Assembly (NCBI GenBank): GCA_012965045.1
Contig: DTSZ01000001.1
Location: 439,763-503,762, forward strand
DNA length: 64,000 nucleotides
Direction of reading: 5' to 3'
Origin: Candidatus Saccharimonadota bacterium
GTDB taxonomy: Bacteria; Patescibacteriota; Saccharimonadia; Saccharimonadales; DTSZ01
The translations under genes were made by a program, and so were the position numbers. Shown in pieces: positions 57,901-64,000 of this stretch (its first letter is position 1; each line of letters opens with the position of its first letter). Below the pieces are notes generated by a model. That model searched no databases. It worked only from the letters and a program-made list of their open reading frames with translations, and was not told where the DNA came from.

Positions 57901-59290
57901 TTTCAGACGGTGTAACTGTAAGTGTTGTTGTTGAATATCCGCCACCGCCGCCGTCTCCACCATCACTAACATCACCACCACCACCGCCACCACCGCCAGC
58001 TCCCCAAGCTTTAACAGTAATCGTAGATACGCCAGCTGGCACATTAAAGGTGTCATTGCCTGCAGTTGTATATTCGGTTGTAGTTGGCGTGCCTGAACTA
58101 TTCACGCCGCCTATCTGGTACACATAGCCACCAGCGACAGCGGTTCCGCCATCGAACCGGCTTTCATTCAGAGCCATAGTACTATCCCAAGTGTCGATTC
58201 GCGCTCCAGTGGTAAAGGCTTTCTGAATTAATTCGTTGCTAACGTCAAAATCGATATTAGTTTCGTTATTACCGCGCATTAGCTTGGCAGCGGTTTCAAC
58301 GTAAATACTTGGGTCAATCGTTAATGGATAGTTGGCGTCTTTTAAACCACTAGACTTAAGTGTGATAATGTCGCCATCTAAGTCAAAATGAGACTGAGTG
58401 TTAGTGTGGCTCTTACCAGTCTCAACAATAAAAGGTGCTGGTATGGTAAAAATGATTTGATTTTTTTCACCGTTTTTTCGGGCATCCTCTAATAGCTGTT
58501 GGTCATCTTCAGTTTCAGCGGCTACGTCACCAAGCAACGCAGGGTTTACGCCGTAAATTCCAATCGACCCATCACTTTCAAGTCGCGCTTCTAGGCCTTC
58601 TGGTGTGTCTAGTTGGTACGAAAATTCAATATTATCAGACGGGTGGCTGTTTAAAATTATGTCTTCTTTAATGCCAATGGTAGCAGTGGTGTAAACCAAA
58701 TGACCGTCAACATTTTCGATGTCATATAAAATTCTGTTGCCGTCGCGTGCACCCTCATTAATTTCAAAATTGGGGATGAGCGAAACTGTTTGAGAGGTAT
58801 AGGGGTCGGTAACAGAAACTACGCCACTGGTGTCGCTTTTAATACTAGCTTTTATACGAGGTATGCCATAACTGGAGCTACTAAGGCCATCGCCTTGGTC
58901 GGCGGTATAGCTTTCATTGTATTCGTAGCTGCTGGTTTCTGGCTCGTAGGCAATATAGCTATTAAGCGAAGATTTTTGTTCTGGCAAAAGAGCCTCGGCC
59001 TGTTCGCTAAGACGTATGCTTTTTGGAGCCATGAACAGTGACACTAATATAGTTAAGGCAACAAACAACGCAAACACTACATTTAGCCCCACAAAAACGG
59101 TATTCTGTTTTAGTGATCTTCTTTTAAATTCTTTAAAGTCAAAATTATAGAATTTTCGGACGTATCTGTACGACCGAACAAATGCAAAAACCACCCAATC
59201 GTACACATCAATTGGACGAACTTTTTTTAAACGAGAAAGTTTATATAAAACCCTCTCTTTTAATTTTTTTACTACTCCCGATCCCCGCAT
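51920..59290 (-). CDS. Giant surface protein (2456 aa): N-terminal TM anchor, glycine-rich domain, about 18 Kelch-like beta-propeller blades, additional beta-rich domains
   Basis: One uninterrupted 7.4-kb ORF. TM helix VFVGLNVVFALFVALTILVSLF. Glycine-rich module (FNVPAGVSTITVKAWGAGGGGGGGG...LNVVVGGAGQ...LIIAAGGGGGGGG). Recurrent Kelch-type blades (NGFLYVIGGED, NNRLYILGGQT, NGYLYVIGGCT, ANRLYLIGGLD, ANNLYVIGGND and others, each with DGSL..W). Confidence 0.85.
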   Translation of the reverse strand: MRGSGVVKKLKERVLYKLSRLKKVRPIDVYDWVVFAFVRSYRYVRKFYNFDFKEFKRRSLKQNTVFVGLNVVFALFVALTILVSLFMAPKSIRLSEQAEALLPEQKSSLNSYIAYEPETSSYEYNESYTADQGDGLSSSSYGIPRIKASIKSDTSGVVSVTDPYTSQTVSLIPNFEINEGARDGNRILYDIENVDGHLVYTTATIGIKEDIILNSHPSDNIEFSYQLDTPEGLEARLESDGSIGIYGVNPALLGDVAAETEDDQQLLEDARKNGEKNQIIFTIPAPFIVETGKSHTNTQSHFDLDGDIITLKSSGLKDANYPLTIDPSIYVETAAKLMRGNNETNIDFDVSNELIQKAFTTGARIDTWDSTMALNESRFDGGTAVAGGYVYQIGGVNSSGTPTTTEYTTAGNDTFNVPAGVSTITVKAWGAGGGGGGGGDVSDGGDGGGGGYSTTTLTVTPSETLNVVVGGAGQEGDFSSGGSGSLSGDGGGGGGHSEVNRSSTPLIIAAGGGGGGGGDNSSSVDGGDGGPGGGADGVDGSNGDSSSDAGGGGGGTTSAGGSGGTGGNNSGSSGGSETGGDGADGRSGNGADGGKNNGGTNNGGDGGDGDANANGYGAGGGGGSGYYGGGGGSGSSAGDAGGGGGGGGSNYTTGSSDSTEGGTGSTPANSSDPDRGSAGQGGTGGATSSSGTAGTDGKVLITYYSSVTNSYESSVYWASINDTTGELESPNPGAGVCTDWCTDADYDLPDERRGFSMVAYNGFLYVIGGEDDTGTRQSTVYISKLGANGEPSLWHPTDPDKANWVYWYQDTSLPTELSYSSAVAYNNRLYILGGQTNASPGGISTVRYADFEPTGTLGTITTTGMNALPTAREGLSAEVYNGFLYVLGGNQNGTLLDTVHYVKLADDGTMAGSWVQTNGFTTGRSTAGGKNTTIFGAYIYLMGGCTSLSGSNCQSVGTEVQLASINADGSLNEWSAISTITNDRIGYGLHAWSNNIYRVGGCSLPNDTSGECNLSLSSVDKAVINPPGEVSTVRVTDADGVGSCSGGTPQDCDLPPTGDGSGQGGQMLNVTTILNGYLYVIGGCTNFACTGASGNVSYTQVGSDGSLNEPAVCPHTRVGAWCVDSSNRVNGTSGVAAAGVTTFNNRIYVVGGLDGGGNNTDIYYNDVNDDGSLNGGWSSNDLTSIGAEDVAYVYAFSRANPNNAGSVPGNLYILGGCEATSGAGCSASGGDRYSTRTYKCNIATSGAVSGCTTSGQLQIDSDPAAGGNQGIGAHTGTLYANRLYLIGGLDENNGDRDETISAQIDDSNNIVAISGGIWNEEPNLLSTPRRRGSGFGYNGHLYAVGGFDAGSGTLPFIEWAKIDVSDGSIDPYTTSNIEITQRWGLSMTVSNSYAYVIGGCDNGASPGGCSSFEPSIQTFQLYNNDSGAPANYTESTGDFETLNSRIGSTATILDGKIYVAGGENSGTATNNVQFATLAADGTIGPWADTTAALPAARAYGQLETAGGSLYYIGGEDTAGDEKAEVYYATPTSSAATPDTIRTTQYKIAGGEFTGTTYTLSLEQDLESDYFVMVAGGDDSGNTSGPDHSQVRVDGDPFGDLTATTSSDEIRLEKGSGAEDWVGSVTVVECVSSCTTDGFELSEVLDVSLANGNLLTDTTLASAHNSRTVPFGGYLGGGLSTSESNQNNFSPTAGVRISKNSTNQIRIERDSSAGTAAAADVTVYVVEWGSNWTVQEVDFDNWNAGGAGADATSEYTTQSITSTTRDNTWLWKSPGTSEQNGLGDGSFGKILTLGDGVNENTSETTVALGSHHSAGADVRDDTVYVMAHSNIATDYQFVSQANYGTSFSQSVDNAIVSENVSTAGNITTSEGYRVPLFYYSDSGTGTAYSRTAGWSHYHDSSNSISMNKSYSGNNQEGWVQSVDFGNFAGNGGGPGDVTTWATATNGLPGDRTRHGATVWDDRLFVTGGLDDSNSETNTIYISPQLSSGGNITTAWSSDTDQFDVARSGATAIAYANNLYVIGGNDGTNYLSDVQFTQINSDGTLDPWTFSTNLPRQVSDAEGFAVNGFMYIVGGRSATSTCTNNTYVAPMSANTTIATGNNPTGIGEWYQTNIEFTGDRYSSAVAYADGKVYVSGGGCGSELTSTQHYYGSVRSQPQVARYSRLIDTDTDVFPTKWLLNGLDNSIGSRWEVAYRSSTDAANSWGVDTDFGEATLGQPESYLPLDGAGSNTNFARYFYFTIEIDSSRTYGYPDDIARGPTIDDLSLFFTSDPSKRLRHGKTFTGGEKQPLDTPFTTNEVSDPFSGSTFTTDSSGNVSWTSASNVDDSDDSYATAIFATVGTTDYLRGTDFGFNIPTSADITGIRVGIEASDTADSGNVSIDSVRMIKGGTPASSNPGATLTDVDQMVWIGDSTELWGTTWTPDDINSSSFGAEFRLFNLTGINTGRADHMVIEVYYDI
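57190..58010 (-). repeat. Low-complexity (GGN)n coding DNA for the glycine-rich domain
   Basis: Long runs of ccaccgccaccaccgcc-type triplets on the plus strand. These generate spurious His/Arg- and Pro-rich antisense ORFs. Confidence 0.8.
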
Positions 59291-59363
59291 TTTTTTACTA
59301 CGTTTCTGTTGTTAAATGCTTATCGTTAGTTTACCAAAATTTACAGTAGTCGTAAACAGTAAA

Positions 59364-59422
59364 GACGGGGCAAGGATAGTCCTAACAAAGGGCGCTATTG
59401 TTAGAACTGTTCCTGCCCCGTC
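59364..59422 (-). terminator. Nested GC-rich hairpin between the two giant genes; likely a bidirectional-type terminator
   Basis: GACGGGGCA (59364-59372) pairs with TGCCCCGTC (59414-59422), with an inner stem CTAACAA/TTGTTAG. T-rich tracts on both sides (UUUACUGUUUAC on the minus strand, AAUUUUGUUUUUGG on the plus strand). Confidence 0.5.
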
Positions 59423-59478
59423 AATTTTGTTTTTGGTTTTATTATTTGTCTTTGTTTTACATGGTCATACCACCCCTT

Positions 59479-62400
59479 CTAATCGTTTGTGTATGTAAAG
59501 TTAATGTCGCTTACGTAGACTGCTTCGTTGTCACTAGCAATCATATTCAGTTTGAAAATTAATCGGTCGCCACCAGCAAAACTACAACTGTTTTCGTTCG
59601 CTGCGTGCGCCACAACTTGCCACGTGTCTGAAGCAGTTGTCACAGTTGTGTCACTGCCACATTCGGTAATTGCGCTGTCGGTACTTCTGAATAGTTCGTA
59701 AGTGACATCTGCTACGGTGTGATCAGTTGAGCGAGCCTCAAGCGTGATTGTGTCGTTGGTTAAGAAGCTGTCAAAGGTTTCTGGTAACTGGAAAGTAATG
59801 TAAATACTGTAGGTTTGGTCAGTAGCCTGTGGAGACGTCCATTCGTAGTAGTTACGAGCCTCACCGCTAGCACAGAAGCTAGTGTTTACACTGACGCCGC
59901 CGCCGTTACCACAGAAGTCTGCAGTCATTGTTCCGACACCATTACCGTTTAAGACCGCACCAGCGTATTCCGGAGTAAGGGTTATTACGTTGTTTGGAGG
60001 GCTACCACACGCACCCCAACCATCAGCCTCGTAACATTGAATTCGGCCAGTGACAGTGTCGTAATACATGCTTCCTAAGTATGCTTCGTTTCCGTCTGCA
60101 ACTGGAGGAGCACTTGAGCGGTCAAGCGTAAACAATGTAACCGGGCCACCGTTTATTCCGCCACCGATTTGCACGTGGTCTGGCTCTGAAGTTGTGTCGT
60201 TTTCGACGACACTAAGGTTGTCTATGTAAAATTGCCTAGAAGTTCCGTCAGTGTGTCGAACAATAACAATTGGATCGGTAGCTGTGGTTGCATCCGTCGT
60301 AAATGTACAGGTGATCTTAGTAAAGCCAGTGGTAACTAGGGTTGTCCCACTGTAGTTTCCGCAAGAGACAGTATTTGAGCCACCATCTCGTGAGTACAAG
60401 ACTTCAAGCGTTGAGAAGCTACCAGAGCTTGAAGTACCCGTGAACGAAACTTGGTATGTTGTATTAGTTAATGGGTTGGAGCTTAGACTGTTTTCGACAC
60501 CAGAGTTCGCTCCAAAGGTCAACACCTCTACAGAGGCCAAGCCTGTGGCAATATTAGATGAGCTACCCACATACCGACTGACGACAGCAGAACCGTGATC
60601 AGACCAATCAGAAGTGAATGACGATGAATTTTCTGCGCCACCATTCGAAGCAAACTCAGGTGCAAGGTTGTTTACGCTAAACAAGTTGGTGCCAATAGAA
60701 CTTTGGACTTCGAGAATACCACCGACGATCGGGGTTGTGTCGTTGTTTCGGATGGTAAGACCGTCTGCACTACCACCAGGAGAAGCTAGAACAATTTCTG
60801 CACCACCTGCACTTGTAGCAGTGTTGTCGTAGGCAGCCTGCAAGTCGGTTGAGCTAGACGCACCCGCAGCTGTCCAATCTGTACCGTTCCATACCATTGT
60901 CGCTGTAGTGCTTGGCTTTAATGTGACTTCGTTTCCGGTGCCGCCAGCGTTTACTACAAGGGTCATGTCGTAGCTACCAACGTTGGTTACGTATACCACG
61001 CGACCAGTTGTAGTGTTGGTTGGGTCGGTCAAGGTAGCTTCGTAGCCAGACGCATTACTGCTTATCAAAATCGTTCCGTAGCTGTCGATGTTGCTTTGGG
61101 TAATGTTGGCGCTACCAGTGAAGTTTTGGACAGCTGCCGCGTCAAATGCGGTGGTGTTAACAACTACCAACCCTTGTACGCCAGTACCAGTGCCGGCTCC
61201 ACCACTTAGTACTACATCGCCGCCGTTAGCGTTGCCCGTTCCTGCAGCTGAGCCACCTTGTAGTTGTAGTTCTCCGCCAGCAAATGCGCTGCCGCCAGCT
61301 CCAGCATTTCCTGCACCAATTACTAAATTGTATCCAGCAGCGTTGGTGCCTGTTGTCTCTACTTTTATTGTCTTGTTCGCATCACCACTGAAAGATAAGT
61401 CGTAGCTTGGTCCGCTTGTTCCTAGGCCAACTCGACCATTGCTGTAATCAACAAAGAGTGAACCGTCACCCAAGCTAACGTCGCCGTCAGTTTCTACCCG
61501 TAATGAGTCATAGCCACTGGCTCCATCGTCCACATATAGTGTGAAGAAGCTCGCAGAAGAATCGAGACCAAGTTGATACCACGGGTCGCCAGCACTCGCA
61601 GCACCTGCACCTGAAAACTCTATCGTAGAGAGGCCATTGTCGTCAGAACGCTGCAGGCGAAGTCGAGCGTCTTGAGCACTACTGCCAGAACCCACCCCTT
61701 GGATATCAAGTTTGTAGTCTGTATCTGGAGCAGCTCCAATGCCGACATTGCCATTACCCGCAACCACAAAGTCAGTAGTGTTTACCTGGAAAGAGTTACC
61801 CGAACCAGTGTTGTCTACCTGAAGTGCGACATTATTATTAGTAGTGTCATGCTGGGTAACAATAAGTCCTATGTAATTTTCGCCGTCATCAGTGTCTACT
61901 CGTAATTTCGCACCGCCAACAAACTCTTCACCAATTGAAACTCGTCCACCGTTGGCGTTCAGTTGTACATTTCCACCTTGATTATTTATTTGTAAATCAT
62001 CTCCGCTCGATGATTGCAAGAACACACCGCCAGAAGCATTAGACCCAACGAATAACGACGCACTAGCGGTTCCTTGTTGGAAGCTAGCAAGATAAGAGCT
62101 TGTGTCGCCAACATCAATTGCAGTGCTGCCGGTGTAGCCAATTTCTAAGCCTTCACCGCGGAAGTTGCCGGTAGTTGCGATACCAAGCCCAGAATTAGTT
62201 CCAAGCGCATCGACGACTTTAGCTGTGCTACTTTCTGTTTCTGCACCGGCAGCAAAGTCAGGCTCATATGTAGCACTGCTATCAAGTGTGACTTCTGGGC
62301 CGTACCCGTATACACGAATAACGCCAGGTGTAGTCGCACTGTTTACATAGATATCGAGTACCGATTCGTCGGCGTCGGTGTTTCTACCAACACGTACTTG

Positions 62401-63999
62401 TGTAACTGGCCCGTTGTTGTAGCTTAGATTTCGCAGCACTGTAACTGTACCAATCTCGTCGCCACCGCTGTAACGTCGGCCACTATACGTGAATTCTAAG
62501 CTTTGAATTTTATTGTCGTGATCCGCCTCGACTAAAATTCGACCGCTGTGGCTGCTGTTGCCAGTTGTAATAATTCGGTACCAACCTGTTTCTGTAGCTG
62601 TTGGTGTGAATTCTAGGTATTGCTCAACTAAGACACCGTCAATTTTGGTATCTCCACCAACCTGCAATGTGTAGCCAGTATCAACAGAATTGACACCGAT
62701 ACCAACAGTACGATTTGTAGTGTCTACAGTTAGTGCCCGTGTGCCACCGTTTTGTACGTAGAATGCGTTAGTACTGTCATTGCTCACTGCAACGCCGCCA
62801 GTAAATTCAGTGTTGCTGGCAACGTTAAACTGAGCGCCGCCAGAACCAAGGTCGATAGTGCCGTCACCTTGGATTGTTAGACGTGTAGTACTGTCTGTTC
62901 TAAATACAAGATCTTGCAATTCGTTGGTGCCGAGCGTTGCTGTGCCACCGAAAGTATTGCCACCGTTAACGAACGCTTCACCGTCTAGCGTTGCGTTCTG
63001 ACAACTATCGATTTGACCGGCAGCATTTAGACACAGCAGTGAGTCGGTGTCGGCGTCGCCTGGAAGCGTACCAAGTTGAACGGTATCGTTTAAGTAAATT
63101 ACTCCGGTGCCATTAGCTACAACCGTAAGATCTTCGTCTGTTCCAGTAGTTATGTCGGTTGCGACGCCGGTGAAAATTGCTTGGCCTGCGAGTGTACTGG
63201 TTCCAGATACTTCTAGATTTCCGTCAATATCAATGGTAGTTGCTACTAAATTAATGTCGCCAGCTGGCTGGATGACAAAGTCGTTCGATGCATTTAACTG
63301 ACCGCCGTAAATATTATCAGTTCCCTGGTCGTTGATACCTGCAGTGTTGGTAAATAAATTGTCTGCTAAATAATTATCTTCAGCGGTAGCTGTCATTATG
63401 CTAATAGCGTAGCTGCCGTCTGCACTATCCTCCCGAATAAAGTTACCTACAACCACGTTATCGTCACTATTGCCTTCAATTTCTATGCTCGCAGTTTCCC
63501 CACTGTCGTAGGCGTCATTATTATGCAAGCTATTTCCGGTAACCGTATTGTGATATGAAGCATTCAAGCGCACACCTGCAAGATCGCTATCTTTTATCGA
63601 GTTGTTGCTAATGATATTGTATTGAGCGCCAGACGCTACAACGCCGTACCCCCCAGTATTAATTATTGTGTTCCCGTCTATGGTGTTGTACCTAGAACCA
63701 TTACTTAAAAGGATAGCGTGATCTATAGGACCAATAACCCCTTCTATGAGGTTGTTTTGGATGAGGTTGTTATCGCTTCCGTACAAGAAGATAGCGTCTA
63801 TTTGGACTGCGAAAAATTGGTTTCCGGATACTGTTATACGATCACTTGCTGTCAAGTCCACACCTTCACCACCAATGTCAAAAATAAAGCTGTTCTCAAT
63901 GAGGGAATTAAAGGATGTGTCAGCTTCTATGGCATCACTGCCAACGTCATCGATTGTTACATTAGTTATAGTGAAGCCGTTAATGGCGGCGGTCCCCAC
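59479..63999 (-). CDS. Giant surface protein, 5' end outside the window (>1506 aa): parallel beta-helix repeats then fibre-like repeats
   Basis: The ORF is open to the window edge. N-terminal PbH1-type repeats (NSFIFDIGGEGVDL, NNLIEGVIGPIDHAILL, NNSIKDSDLAGVRL, GNSLHNNDAYD). Later recurring motifs of the type NVGIGAAPDTDYKLDIQG, RVGLGTSGPSYDLSFSG and TVGIGVNSVDTGYTLQVGG, typical of tail-fibre-like proteins. Confidence 0.85.
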   Translation of the reverse strand: MGTAAINGFTITNVTIDDVGSDAIEADTSFNSLIENSFIFDIGGEGVDLTASDRITVSGNQFFAVQIDAIFLYGSDNNLIQNNLIEGVIGPIDHAILLSNGSRYNTIDGNTIINTGGYGVVASGAQYNIISNNSIKDSDLAGVRLNASYHNTVTGNSLHNNDAYDSGETASIEIEGNSDDNVVVGNFIREDSADGSYAISIMTATAEDNYLADNLFTNTAGINDQGTDNIYGGQLNASNDFVIQPAGDINLVATTIDIDGNLEVSGTSTLAGQAIFTGVATDITTGTDEDLTVVANGTGVIYLNDTVQLGTLPGDADTDSLLCLNAAGQIDSCQNATLDGEAFVNGGNTFGGTATLGTNELQDLVFRTDSTTRLTIQGDGTIDLGSGGAQFNVASNTEFTGGVAVSNDSTNAFYVQNGGTRALTVDTTNRTVGIGVNSVDTGYTLQVGGDTKIDGVLVEQYLEFTPTATETGWYRIITTGNSSHSGRILVEADHDNKIQSLEFTYSGRRYSGGDEIGTVTVLRNLSYNNGPVTQVRVGRNTDADESVLDIYVNSATTPGVIRVYGYGPEVTLDSSATYEPDFAAGAETESSTAKVVDALGTNSGLGIATTGNFRGEGLEIGYTGSTAIDVGDTSSYLASFQQGTASASLFVGSNASGGVFLQSSSGDDLQINNQGGNVQLNANGGRVSIGEEFVGGAKLRVDTDDGENYIGLIVTQHDTTNNNVALQVDNTGSGNSFQVNTTDFVVAGNGNVGIGAAPDTDYKLDIQGVGSGSSAQDARLRLQRSDDNGLSTIEFSGAGAASAGDPWYQLGLDSSASFFTLYVDDGASGYDSLRVETDGDVSLGDGSLFVDYSNGRVGLGTSGPSYDLSFSGDANKTIKVETTGTNAAGYNLVIGAGNAGAGGSAFAGGELQLQGGSAAGTGNANGGDVVLSGGAGTGTGVQGLVVVNTTAFDAAAVQNFTGSANITQSNIDSYGTILISSNASGYEATLTDPTNTTTGRVVYVTNVGSYDMTLVVNAGGTGNEVTLKPSTTATMVWNGTDWTAAGASSSTDLQAAYDNTATSAGGAEIVLASPGGSADGLTIRNNDTTPIVGGILEVQSSIGTNLFSVNNLAPEFASNGGAENSSSFTSDWSDHGSAVVSRYVGSSSNIATGLASVEVLTFGANSGVENSLSSNPLTNTTYQVSFTGTSSSGSFSTLEVLYSRDGGSNTVSCGNYSGTTLVTTGFTKITCTFTTDATTATDPIVIVRHTDGTSRQFYIDNLSVVENDTTSEPDHVQIGGGINGGPVTLFTLDRSSAPPVADGNEAYLGSMYYDTVTGRIQCYEADGWGACGSPPNNVITLTPEYAGAVLNGNGVGTMTADFCGNGGGVSVNTSFCASGEARNYYEWTSPQATDQTYSIYITFQLPETFDSFLTNDTITLEARSTDHTVADVTYELFRSTDSAITECGSDTTVTTASDTWQVVAHAANENSCSFAGGDRLIFKLNMIASDNEAVYVSDINFTYTND

Positions 64000-64000
64000 A

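Noticed and set aside
1-64000. Scan for CRISPR arrays, rRNA genes, tmRNA and RNase P RNA
   Set aside because: There are no regularly spaced direct repeats, no rRNA-like conserved blocks, no GAGGAAAGUCC (RNase P) motif, and no tRNA-Ala-like tmRNA termini. The only RNA gene I can support is tRNA-Leu.

Overview
This is a gene-dense bacterial window with about 50 supported CDSs. Most lie on the minus strand and many overlap their neighbours by 1-8 nt. I found one tRNA and no rRNA or CRISPR array. The backbone is housekeeping: uvrA, uvrC, pheS/pheT, alaS, mnmA, obg, secG, mltG, ruvX, an ftsA-like gene, sbcB, a class II photolyase, pheA, inositol-3-phosphate synthase, trhO and others. The compact operons, an AlaRS lacking the C-terminal domain, and a type IV pilus ATPase beside giant surface proteins fit a small-genome Patescibacteria/CPR (Saccharibacteria-like) organism. 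That taxonomic reading is inference only.

Three regions stand out.
1. nt ~1171-7258 is a plus-strand accessory island. It ends in a large serine recombinase whose last 22 nt overlap the 3' end of a minus-strand tRNA-Leu(GAG). Its cargo is a tightly coupled three-gene operon (848-aa four-TM protein, 305 aa, 163 aa) with no family I can recognise. This is my best candidate for an undescribed system.
2. nt 49486-63999 holds a pilB-type ATPase, a bitopic membrane protein, a 2456-aa protein (membrane anchor, glycine-rich domain, about 18 Kelch-like blades) and a >1506-aa beta-helix/fibre-like protein.
3. Several intergenic regions carry structure that the ORFs do not explain:
- a c-di-AMP (ydaO)-like leader upstream of a LysM/CHAP hydrolase that appears to start at ATT;
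- a terminator/antiterminator-like leader at 17.3-17.4 kb;
- a 720-bp gene-poor region bounded by 14-bp inverted repeats;
- repeats and palindromes upstream of obg;
- a 37-bp perfect palindrome between pilB and mnmA.

All functional calls come from reading the translated ORFs and motifs by eye. No database search was run.
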